Shown: one piece after another, positions 52,143 through 64,000 of the stretch
Position numbering within the stretch: the stretch's first letter is position 1
Layout: each line of letters begins with the position of its first letter
Assembly: GCA_951406725.2 (NCBI GenBank)
Contig: OX597816.1
Location: forward strand, 90,768,001-90,832,000
Direction: 5' to 3'
DNA: 64,000 bases
DNA from: Octopus vulgaris
Lineage: Eukaryota
Made by a program: the position numbers and the translations under genes
The notes under the pieces: model-generated
The model's input: only the letters and a program-made list of their open reading frames with translations
Told to the model about the DNA's origin: nothing
Databases searched by the model: none

Positions 52143-52821
52143 ACAGTATTGCAACTAATAGTAGCTAAACCTGCCTAAAACTTGCGGAAGGCGACAAAAC
52201 TAACCAGTGCGCATTCGTTCATTGTCTGTACATTATTTGTGTGTTTATACAAAATATCTGTTATTGCGTGTGGGATGAACGGCATCAGACTATTGAGACT
52301 ATTTTGACAAAAATAAAAAAAAAGAAAGAAAAAAGCTAGTAAGTAGTCTCCCTCTACCTGGTGGCTATAGAAATGGTTGTTGTGTGATGGGTGCAGTTGA
52401 AACATTTGGTGATTAAGCTTTTCCTCTCGGGTCAAGCCTAGGTATCAATTGGAGAAGAAAGTCAGGGTAGAGAGTGGCGAGTAAATTTCCTCAAAGACAG
52501 TGAAAGCGGCGAAACTTACGTGACTAAATGGGCCTGCCCTAACTATGCGGATGTTAGCTCGTGGCGAAAACGGGACAGGTTTACTGCCTTTGGTGTGTCA
52601 TAGTAATTAGGGGCAGCACGTAGGAGCGCTCCTTTAGCATCCATCCCATGTTGTTGTTCCCCATTTTGGGAGTGTTTCTGACGCTTTTCTTTTTTATCAT
52701 CGCTACACACTATTTTTCCTTATTGTTATTATCGGATCACACACTTTTATTAATATAAATCACTTTTTTTAAAAAAAAAAGCCACATCCTTTCGTCTTTA
52801 TATTTATTTATTACTATATGT

Positions 52822-52963
52822 TGTTCGGAAGTCTGATTTGCAACCACGTACTTCGGGTCGGGCCACAATATTGCAACGCGGGCGAGTTTTTCCTAGTGTA
52901 GCCCCACGTTGACCAAATACGCACGAGGGAATTTTGATTGACAAAAATTGTGAAGAAGCCTGT

Positions 52964-53025
<62 letters not shown>

Positions 53026-53286
53026 TAGATATATGGATAGATAGATAAATAGACAGATAGATATATGTATATATATATATATACACACACCCAAACATAT
53101 ACATATGTGTGTATCTTTGTTTTTCCTCATTGTTTGCCGGTTTGTTTACGTTCCGTGTTGATTAGTGGTTGGTGGTTCGGCAAAGGAGTGTGATTGAATA
53201 AGTATTTGACTTAAATACTGGGGGCAATTCGTTCGACTAACCCTAAAAAGCAGTGCCCCAGAAATGACTAACACAAGTAAAAGAGT
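52822..53286. mobile_element. Degenerate OR2-like SINE pieces in opposite orientations around (TA)n
   Basis: Head-like piece on minus at 52822-52965; tail piece on plus at 53105-53286. Confidence 0.55.
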
Positions 53287-54529
53287 ACATATATAGTACC
53301 AAAACATATTCTAGAAATATAGGTAATTATAACTTAGCGTAGACACAAACATAAAGTAATACATCTAAAGTTTGTTGAAAAGGCTCTAAAGCTATATTTC
53401 CATTACATTTCCAAAGCATTCAACCCATTCAGTTTATCTAAATCTGTAATAACTTTGATGACTAAACAGAAGATATGAAATATGAATTACAGTTTAAATC
53501 AAAGTATTTGAATATTAATGACTCTCAGCTAGGGTCGAGATCTGCACATCCGTGTATTTGATGTGTATATGTGTGCGTTTCGTGACATTTTTTTTTTTTG
53601 CTCCAGTTGATTTTTTTGTGAATTACTTGAGTCCTTGCCTGGGATAGAACTCAGCATTCTAGGTGGCTGCACTTCATTAATCAATGTCTTTATCTTCTAC
53701 GCTCTGCTCGTTGTAATTAATCCTTCGAACAACAAAGAAATAAATTGTCTTCACTATGTCCTTTACTATAAAGTGACAGTACAAAAGACATTATTATTAA
53801 TTTTTGTACGGCCTTCACATGGAAACATCAGATAATTTTTAAAATCTGTTCTTCACATTCAATGTTCCATTAAGTCATTGAATCTTTAAAATTACAGATA
53901 TCCAGGTACTATCTAAATATTAGATAGCACCAGACTATCTAAGTTTACAAGTGAAGCAAATTTTTACATGAGCAACAGTGAGTGCCTATATGAATGTGAA
54001 TATTTAATCAAAACTATTAAAGCTACCGGTTGCGTTATGTTCCCAAACATACAGATCACATATTGTGATATTGACATCCATTGCAGTGTAGCGCAATCTA
54101 GATGTTTTTCTAGAAACAATATTCCCCAATATTGTTTCATGTTAATGGCACTACACTGTGCGTGAATGTCTAAATATTTTTACGTAACTCAGATGAAACT
54201 ATATCCTCGGGTAAAATGTTTGAATATATGATATGCATGTTTGCGCAATACTACATTCTAGTAGTAGTCATTATAGCTAGTGATTACGAAGATAAATATC
54301 TTATAAGTAATAAAAGCAATTTAATTTTAATTTTTTCACTGGGCGTGTAGTGCTCAAATTAAAGATAAACTGTTTTATATTAATGTTATAAATTATAAAA
54401 TCATTAACCGACTATGATATATATATATAAATATGCATTTATGCGTATTCTTTTCATAATTTTATTAAAATTATTTTCATTAACATAAACTCCATAAACA
54501 ATATGTATATATATATATTCTTTCTTTTA

Positions 54530-54688
54530 TTTGTTTATTTGTTTCAGTCATTTGACTGCGGCAATGATGAAGCACTACCTTTAGTCGAGCAAATCGACCC
54601 CAGGATTTGTTCTATCGGTCTCTCTTGCCGAACCGCATCGGATATATATGTTGGGGTGACAAACACAGACACACAAACATATACATAC

Positions 54689-54724
<36 letters not shown>

Positions 54725-54881
54725 GACGGACTTCTTTCAGTTTCCGTCTACCAAATCCATACACAACGACTTGGTCGGCCCGAGGCTATACCAGAAGACA
54801 CTTGCCTAAGGTGCCACGCAGTGGGAGTGAACCCAGAACCATGTAGTTGGTAAGCAAGCTACTTATCGCACAGTCACTCCG
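54530..54881 (-). mobile_element. OR2-like CORE SINE
   Basis: Head, CORE and tail present with internal deletions. Confidence 0.85.
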
Positions 54882-54893
54882 TGTATAGATATT

Positions 54894-54935
<42 letters not shown>

Positions 54936-54980
54936 GATATATATATATATATGATATATATATATATGTATATATATCTA

Positions 54981-55027
<47 letters not shown>

Positions 55028-55111
55028 ATTTATATATATATGATATATATATGATATTTATATATATATATGATATATATATGATATTTATATATATATA
55101 TATATATATGA

Positions 55112-55142
<31 letters not shown>

Positions 55143-55182
55143 GATATATATATATATATATTATATCATATATATATATACA

Positions 55183-55227
<45 letters not shown>

Positions 55228-55365
55228 TGTGTGTGTGTTTATATATATGAATGATAAATGCATATAAACAACGATAGCTATGTGCATATTCACATACAAA
55301 CATGTATACTGAAACATTTATATATATGAATGATAAATGCATTAAACACGATACTATGTGCATAT

Positions 55366-55436
<71 letters not shown>

Positions 55437-56447
55437 GCGCACCTGAAACTTCGAAACAATGCCACATGGATTTAGTGGAAGACACTCCATTGACCGAGAA
55501 CGTTAACTGGACGATGAAATATTGATTTAATCAGATGGGTCTGCAATACTGTCTCGACTACTTGTGAATGTCAAAAAGCAGACCAGAGTATAAAGTAGCT
55601 CAAAATACCTTGCAGAATTTGATAAAGTGCAAAGATTTGTGTCAAAAAAAGGGAAACTGTCATATTATTTTTCTTCGAAGATAGTTCATTTAACTATTTG
55701 GTGGGTTGATCTTTGGGGGTCGAAGATCAGCTACGAGTTATTTCCAAAACACTTTGTGGGGATTCAGGTTCGAGTAAATTATTCCACTTTATTTTCAGTA
55801 TCAACGACTCTCTTTTAATCCCCTTATTTATGCTTAAACCTCAAATATATCAGGCACACACATGCACATATAAATACATACTCACACACACGCACACAAA
55901 TTTAGATATATGTATATGCTTAAGTGTAATATATGTGTATATATATACACATACACACACGCATATATATATATGTATGTATGTATACATATATATATGT
56001 GTGTGTGTGTGTGTGTATGCACATGTGTGCATGTGTGACCATCGGTGTGTATAAGGGAGCATTTATGTATCAGGTAACTAATATATAACCCATAATTAGA
56101 TGACATGAGTTTCATTAAAGTTCACTATACTTAACATTTTCAAAGACATGTATATTTTGTCTACAGTATATTCCCTGGAGTACGATACTATTGAGGTCAC
56201 TTCGTTCGGAATAACTGAGAAGATGATGTCGCTGACTTGTAATATTTGAAGATTTCTACAACCAATAAATAATTCAGGAGAATTCCACCTTTAGCAATTC
56301 TTATTTGTGTGTTTTTCTTTTTAAATTTCATGTGGCGACTTTTATGGTTTATAACTGGGTCTGTATACATATGTATGTATGCACATAAGTGTACGCACAT
56401 ACACACACACACAAACACGCAAAAACACACATATGCATATGTATGTA

Positions 56448-56508
<61 letters not shown>

Positions 56509-56525
56509 CATACATTCATTCTTGT

Positions 56526-56571
<46 letters not shown>

Positions 56572-56660
56572 ATTCATATAAATATATGTATATATTGATA
56601 TATCTGTAAATACACACACACACACACACATATATATATACATACATGTATATACACATA

Positions 56661-56826
56661 TAGGAGTGGCTGTGTGGTAATAGGCTTGCTACCCAACTAC
56701 ATAGCTCCGGGTTAAATTCCACTGCGTATCACCTTTGGCAGCTGTCTTGTACAATAGCCGCGGGCCGAGCAAAACCTTCTGAGTGGATTTCGGTAGCCGG
56801 AAACTGAAAGAAACTCGTCGCATATG

Positions 56827-56861
<35 letters not shown>

Positions 56862-57079
56862 ATGTGTGTGTATTTGTGTGTCTGTGTTTGTACCCGACCA
56901 TCGCCTGACAACCGATGTTGGTATGTTTACGTCCTCGTAACTTACCAGTTCGGCAAAAGGGAAGGATACAATAAGTACTCGGCATACAAAGAAAATGTCC
57001 GGGGATCGGTTTCATCGACTAAAAGCGGTGCTCCAGCAGGGTCGCAGTCAAAGGACAAACAAATAGAAGAATAAAAGAA
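56661..57079 (+). mobile_element. Near full-length OR2-like CORE SINE
   Basis: GGAGTGGCTGTGTGGTAA...CGGGTTAAATTCC...internal (TA)n(TG)n...GCGGTGCTCCAGCAGGGTCGCAGTC. Confidence 0.88.
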
Positions 57080-57097
57080 TATTTATACACACGTGTT

Positions 57098-57197
<100 letters not shown>

Positions 57198-57399
57198 CAT
57201 AGATACATATATATATATATATATATATACTTACATATATATACATAATCTTACCTATATACTTATATACATACATATTTACATATAGACATACATATAT
57301 AGATACACACACACATACACACACACACACATATATATATATACCTACATATATACATACATATAGTGGTTGTCTAATCCTTATACAGAGTTTGACCAC

Positions 57400-57720
57400 C
57401 TTCTGTACCTACACTTTAGCACCATCATGGCATTTGATGCGGCTTTTTAGACAATGTTCTAAAAGACACCCGCATAGATTGGACCTCTGATTTGAACCAC
57501 CAATACCTACATTTAATTTCTGCTCTTTGTGGATCTTAACATGTCTTTTGAGGCCTCCGTTGGATTTGCAAACTTTCTGGCATACACTGCATTCAAAGAT
57601 ATGCACAGACATCTAGTCAGAATAGTTGGTGGAGGTTCGTTTTCTATGCGTTCGCAGATAAGATTTGAGGCTAGCCAAAGACAGTGATGGGCTGTCACAG
57701 ACTGTGCACACAAAAAGGAC
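57400..57720 (-). pseudogene. C2H2 zinc-finger remnant, most likely an RTE-clade LINE C-terminus
   Basis: FECSVCQKVCKSNGGLKRHVKIH plus a degenerate second finger. No TGEKP linker, frameshifted upstream, embedded between microsatellites. Confidence 0.55.
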
Positions 57721-57736
57721 ATACAAAAAAAGGACA

Positions 57737-57963
57737 TGTGTGTGTGTGTGTGTGTGTGTATGTTTGTGTGTCTGTATTTGTCCTTCCAACATCTTTGTAC
57801 AACGGACGCTGGTGTGTTTACGACCCTGTAACTTAGCGGTTCAGCAAAAGTAACTGTTAGGATAAGTACTATGCTTACAATGAATAAGTCCTGGGGTCGA
57901 TTTGCTCGACTAAAGGCGGTGCTTCAGCAAGGCCATAGTCAAATGACTGAAACAAGTAAAAGA
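57737..57963 (+). mobile_element. OR2-like SINE 3' half
   Basis: Family tail match. Confidence 0.82.
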
Positions 57964-58008
57964 ATATATATATATATATGTATATATACATACACATATA
58001 TACTTATA

Positions 58009-58081
<73 letters not shown>

Positions 58082-59084
58082 GTATATACATACATAAATA
58101 TACATATATATATATATACATACAAACATACATACACATAGATATACATACAGACATATATAAATATGCATGCATGTATATACATATATATATATGTGTA
58201 CACATATATACACATATATATACATATATGTATTTACATATATACACATGTATACATACATGCATATATATATATACATACAGTGTGGAGGAGAGAGAAA
58301 ATGCGTGAGTGGTAGAAAGAGAGAAGATACGGAGTAAGTCGAGAAAGAAGGAGAGGAAATTAGTTTCCCCTGTTCTGTTTGCAAACCTACGATTTACAAT
58401 TGTCACTAACATTATTCAAGTCACACAGAAATTTTCTAAAACAAAATTTACCAAGAACAAATGGAATGTGGTAGACGCTAAGCATTTAGAACAGAAAATC
58501 GAAAGAAAGTTTTTCAAACACAACCGATTTACTTCACTGCTAAACAGGTGCTCTCTTGAAAGTTACCAAATACAATTGTCGTTTTCTAAAGTTTCAGGTG
58601 TTATTCATCAGTAACAAATGTTTGATTTTGATATGCTGTTCAATTTGAATATAACAAGGTTGACGTAGTACACGTATATTTATACATAGACACTTAACCA
58701 TACATGCATATATAGATACACATAGACATACACACATATTACGTTTTACGTTGGTGTTATTTCTTTCAGCCATTGCTTAAAGAATATACGTAGCCTAGTG
58801 ATTAGAGTATTAAGCTTGCTATCATAAAGCCGTGGGTTCGATTGTGGGTGGTGTGTTCCCGAGCAACTTACTTTATTTTATGTTGCTCCGAGCTGAAATG
58901 AGTACAAGCATGTGCCGTTCCAAACCTCCATCTCGCTAGTTGTCATATTCTCTGTTCTGCTATGCCGAAGGGCCGTGAATATGCCTATACCTGCTCGCAA
59001 CTCGATCAGCACAAAAACCAATTTGCAAAATCACGATGCATGCAACAAAGTCATGTTCGTTTAAGCGTGACAGCTTTTTTTTAA

Positions 59085-59291
59085 TCTTTTACTTGTTTCA
59101 GTCATTAGACTGCGGCCATTCTGGGGCACCACCTTGAAAACTTTTAGTCGAATGAATCAACTCCAGTACATCTTTTAAAGTCTGGTACTTATTCTATCGA
59201 TCTTTCATGCCGAACCGCTAAGTCACGAGAATGTAAATACCAATAGCCGTTGTCACGCGGTGGTGGGGGTACAAACACAGGCATAAATACA

Positions 59292-59346
<55 letters not shown>

Positions 59347-59499
59347 GACAGGAGTCTTTCAGTTTTTGTTTATCAATTCCACTCAAAAGGCTTTGGTTGG
59401 CCCGGGGCTATAGTAGAAGACACTTGTCCAAGGTGCCACTGTGGGACTGAACCCGGAATGATGTGGTTGGGAAGCAAGCTTCTTACCATATAGCCACGA
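59085..59499 (-). mobile_element. Near full-length OR2-like CORE SINE
   Basis: Head GTGGCTATATGGTAAGAAGCTTGCTTCCC, B box, CORE, internal (TG)n, tail. Confidence 0.88.
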
Positions 59500-61427
59500 G
59501 TATTTCTTCTGTTGACCTGGCTATAACAGAATCAACTCTCTTATAACAATACACACAAACACGCATTTAAACAAACATGCACACACATACATTATTGTCA
59601 TTTACGTATTCACGACGATGTGATTAGCAATCAAGTAAAACCTCTTTCTTTTGTAGTCATTTGTGCTTCACTGGTTCAGTATTCATCTCGTTTCCATTGT
59701 GGTAATTACATGAGCAACAACCACCACCACCGCCACCAAAAAGACTCCAACCGTTACAGACAACTGCTTCTGCAGGCGAAAGTGAACTCAGAAATGCGAA
59801 CCAGTGAATTACTCTTTACTGTAGCATCACTGTTTACAACGATAAATGATAACACCCTGTCGCACCTAGTTAGAACTAAGTGAACTCGTGCGTTGAATGG
59901 CAAATGTCTTCATAGCGGACATAACGAAGTACATGTGACAGGATACACATTACCAGCCGCTGAAATGTTTGTTCAATACACTAAAAATTCGATAATTTAT
60001 ACATTCTAGGTCTACAACATAATTTATATAATGCATATTTGCGTGCTGGAGTCAAGCATTGCATCTTACCCTTTCTCTCAAATTAGATATGCCTATCTGC
60101 TTTAAGTGAACTTTTAAAATCCACCACGCCTTCACGAATTTCATTGGTAGGTTGTCTGCTACTTATCTATGAATAGTTTCGAACTTCTACTAATGCTTAT
60201 CAGAGAAAGTCATCCCATCTTGCAGCTGAGAATGCTAATGTAAACAAGATTAAACATTATACCTTCGTAAACATCAATGTGAGAGTGTACAAGAACAAGA
60301 TACAAACAAGGTTTGAACAAACTGTTGTTTGCTGCGTGTTAGTGTTTTCTGTGTAAGATTGGTTTTACAATAGTATATTTAATATTATTCATAATAAAAT
60401 TCATTGAATCTGTCTACGCACACACATACACACACACACATACACACATCTATATACATTTGCATAGAAATATGTGTGTATGTATAACAATATCGTTTGG
60501 CTACTTAAATGATCTAAATTACTTGGTGTGGAATTATTGGTGGTTTAAAAGATGTAGGGCAACAGTGTCCATAAATAAAAGTGTAGTTAACTTCCTGTAT
60601 ACTCTTTGAAAGCTATTTATTTTTTTAAGAATTTGTTCAGCAAAATCATAGAGCAACATCATGGCTTAATCATGCGTTACTACACTGCTTGTTCAATGTT
60701 GCAATGGAGAAATCTATCCAGACGTCTTTTGTTTAGGTTGAACATGTGTATATATGTATACCTACACACACACATTAGTATAATGTGTGCACATTAGTAT
60801 AAATAAGCTTATATGCATGTATGTACATACATATATATGTATACATGTATGTACGTATCATTTCTAGCTAGCCACAAATGTGTTGTCAGCTTAAACTACC
60901 AGACATTTTGATATAAATAAAGGTCAATTTCCATTGTTCTGTAGTATAAGCTGAGGTTTTCCAGTAGACTGTAAGTCATAAGTTGTAAGAAGGAATATTA
61001 AATCTCTAGTTATTCAACTGCTTCTAAACGAATGTCACTGGTAATTATGTCACTGCAATGAACGACCTTTGCATTGTACTTAATCCCTGCTCTAACCCCA
61101 TAATATACATATATCTAATTATGTATAAGGCTCAATGGTGACTGACTTGGGGGTGAATGCTTTATAAAATAGTTGAATCAATTGTGCAGATCTATTGATT
61201 AATGTCTTTTCATCATGAAAAAACAACAACAAACAAGATCGAGCAACTGATTCTATTATAATATTCCCCCTTTAAAAAAAAAAACCGAAAATAGCTAATA
61301 ACTATCCCAGTTGTTAGAAAAAGAACGATTATATATTTCGTTATATTTTTGCACACAATGTTTGGCTTTTAAAAATCGTTGGTAGGATAATTCCGTCGAT
61401 TTGAGGTTTGTTGGTAAGAATTGTTTC

Positions 61428-61735
61428 TATTTTGGCACAACATCAGCAATTTTGTGGAGAGTGGGGAAATGGATTAGATCTATCCCGATACTCAGCTGGT
61501 TCTTATTCTATCGATCTCGAAAAAATGAAGGGCAAAGTCGACTTCGGCGGCAATTGAACTCAGAACGTAAAGAGTCGAAAGAAATGCCGCTTATTATTTT
61601 GTCCGGCACAGTAACGATTCTGCCAGCTCACGTTCTTTAGTTTCAAACTTTGGCGCAAGCCCATCAGTTTTAGAGGGGGGAAATGATCGATTACATCGAC
61701 CTTAGTGTTCGACTGGTATGCATTTTATCGACAAC
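61428..61735 (-). mobile_element. Family A SINE copies
   Basis: Family A body and tail matches. Confidence 0.7.
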
Positions 61736-61787
61736 AAATAGATCAAAGAAGTTTTTTTTTGTAAGAATATAAAAAAAAAAATGATTA

Positions 61788-61912
61788 TAAGTATATTGTT
61801 ATATTTCGGGGTTGTCATTTCCTTTTTCTTTTTGCCAATAAACACACGCACTGTTTATTTTATCTTCACTTTAGCTTTATTATCACAATTCTTTCGTCGC
61901 ACATTCAGTGAC
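61788..61912 (-). mobile_element. Diverged relative of the element carrying the 43825/45641 HHR
   Basis: Minus strand gtcactgaatgtgcgacgaaagaatt...agtgcgtgtgtttattggc...ccgaaatataacaatata vs 45654-45806. Confidence 0.6.
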
Positions 61913-62724
61913 TCTGTGTTACTCGTGTCTCTACTCCTCTCAGGCCTTGTCCTGTTAATGCCATTTTGTCTTTCTGATTATAAGCATATTTATCACAGTG
62001 ATCCTGTTGATATTTGGAATGCTAAATACTTTTGCAATCTTAGTCAGAATATTTAACGAATGTTCACTAGAAACTTAAAGTGATTGGAAATCAGTAAGAA
62101 TGGTTGTTACGGTCAGTACTAATAAAAGACATTAATAATTGTTATGATTTATATTCGAAGAAGAACAAACATTGAGAGAGTTGTTGCTTGAGTGATGTTT
62201 GAGGTGATAAATGAAGAGAGTGGCTGTTTATGATTGTTCTTTGAAGAAAAGACAAATGTATATGATCTCTTAGAGTTCATCAGAGTTCTTCTTAAGCATC
62301 ATTGTTGATCAAGAGATACCTGTTGACAGTACCAATAAACACTCAGTAGTGACGATGATGATGATGATGATGATGATGTTGGTTGTGGATTTTGACATAG
62401 GCATGGACCACAAATGATGCAGGGAACCAAATCGACCTCATGAGTCAGTTGGTGTATATTCTATTCAGCTCAGTTGAGCACTGGAGTCGATATTATCGAT
62501 TTATCCCCTTCCCCCGAAATTGCTAGCCTTGTGCAAAAACTTGAAACCAATATTTATTAACATTTTTAGTCGAATAAATAGAAATCAGTGTACCAGTCAT
62601 TCTATATTTGACCAACTCTTGAGTGATGAAAAGGTAAGGATGAAGTCAAGGAATCTAAAATCCGATGTAGGGGGATGAGTTTAAATATAGTGACTTCTGT
62701 TTTTGCCGCTCAATTCATATCAAT

Positions 62725-62793
<69 letters not shown>

Positions 62794-62807
62794 GTAATAA
62801 TAATAAT

Positions 62808-63340
62808 CCATTCTAGTGGATCTCAAATTTGGGTGAAGGGAATAAGTCGATTACATCGACTCCAGTACGCAACTGGCACTTAATTTATCGATCCCGAAAG
62901 GATGAAAGGCAAAGTTGACTTCAGCAGAATTTGAACTCAGAACGTAAAGACAGACGAAATACCCATTTCTTTACTGCCCACAAGGGGCTACACACTGAGG
63001 GGACGAACAAGGACAGACAAACGGATTAAGTCGATTATATCGACCCCAGTGCGTAACTGGTACTTATTTAATCGACCCCGAAAGGATGAAAAGCAGAACG
63101 TAGCGGCAGACGAAATACCTATTTCTTTATTCCCCACAAGGGGATAAACACAGGGGGAACAAACAAGGACAGATAAATGGATTAAGTCGATTACATCGAC
63201 CCCAGTCCGTAACTGGTACTTAATTTACCGACCCCGAAAGGATGAAAGGCAAATTCGACCTCGGCGGAATTTGAACGACAGACGAAATACGGCTACGCAT
63301 TTCGCCCGGCGTGCTAACGTTTCTGCCAGCTCGCCGCCTT
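62808..63340 (-). mobile_element. Trimeric family A SINE between (AAT)n tracts
   Basis: One head (AAGGCGGCGAGCTGGCAG at 63340) and three bodies. Confidence 0.88.
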
Positions 63341-63529
63341 AATAATAATAATGATAATAATAATCTCACAGAAATAATAATCTGCAAATCTCACAGAAAA
63401 TCACGGTTTCCCTGACTACTTAGGCAAGGGCTTCCTCTCTCTCTTACTCTACTCAGAAGCGCATGCTCAGAGCGGGCCGGTTCACATGAATCCTGCTCGC
63501 CACTCTTATCCACCTTTCAATAAATATAT

Positions 63530-63851
63530 TGATCACGAGCAGAAGTAGTGGGAGAGCATCATAGCCATGTGTTGAAAGGAATTCTTTGGAGTTTAGATAA
63601 TTCACCTTTGGAAAGATGGGCGTTTCGTTCAACATCCTTAAACAACCCTTATTCAGGGACCTTTTGAATGGAATGGGCTTTTCGACCTGAAGAGAATTCT
63701 AACTGGGCCCCACCTACAATGCGATGCGCTGTTATTTCGCGCATATATGGTTGTAATGCATGTGCCTGGTGTAACCTTAACTGATGGGTATACTGGGCTT
63801 CGTATGTTTTACCCCAGTGTCACTTTGATGGCATGCACTGCTCTCTCACTC

Positions 63852-63904
<53 letters not shown>

Positions 63905-64000
63905 GTGCCCTGATGCAGTACCAGGCAGTGGCTCTCATGGCTTCTGATCTTAACTGATTGGAAGTGTTATCATGTACATTGTTTTGTCTTGGTATAAAAG
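63530..64000 (+). mobile_element. Two copies (3' part, then 5' part) of the 33190-33745 repeat, separated by (AAT)n
   Basis: Direct similarity to 33390-33745 and 33190-33285. Confidence 0.8.

Noticed and set aside
57409-57612. Host C2H2 zinc-finger gene
   Set aside because: Only one intact finger, no TGEKP linkers, upstream frameshift; fits a retroelement C-terminus better.

Overview
AT-rich, repeat-dense eukaryotic (animal) DNA. The SINE families and microsatellite load are most consistent with an octopus/coleoid genome (inference from recalled repeat families). The window looks intronic or intergenic: no complete host gene is visible, and most ORFs in the supplied track are microsatellite translations. 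Contents: many tRNA-derived SINEs (a CORE-type OR2-like family and a 'GGCGGCGAGCTGGCAG' family), CR1-clade LINE 3' fragments, a ~10 kb co-oriented pile-up of R4/Dong-type LINE fragments in (AAT)n, a mariner remnant, a hAT MITE, an ORF1-only L1/Tx1-like insert with a TSD, an RTE-like zinc-finger remnant, a 100-N gap flanked by a probable haplotype duplication, and a few weak candidate exons. The most notable signal is a set of minimal type I hammerhead ribozyme (HHR) motifs in several unrelated short non-coding elements. These include a 480-bp palindrome with one HHR per arm, an outward-facing HHR pair bounded by (TA)n, and a tRNA-headed (Pol III) SINE-like element with an HHR in its 3' part.
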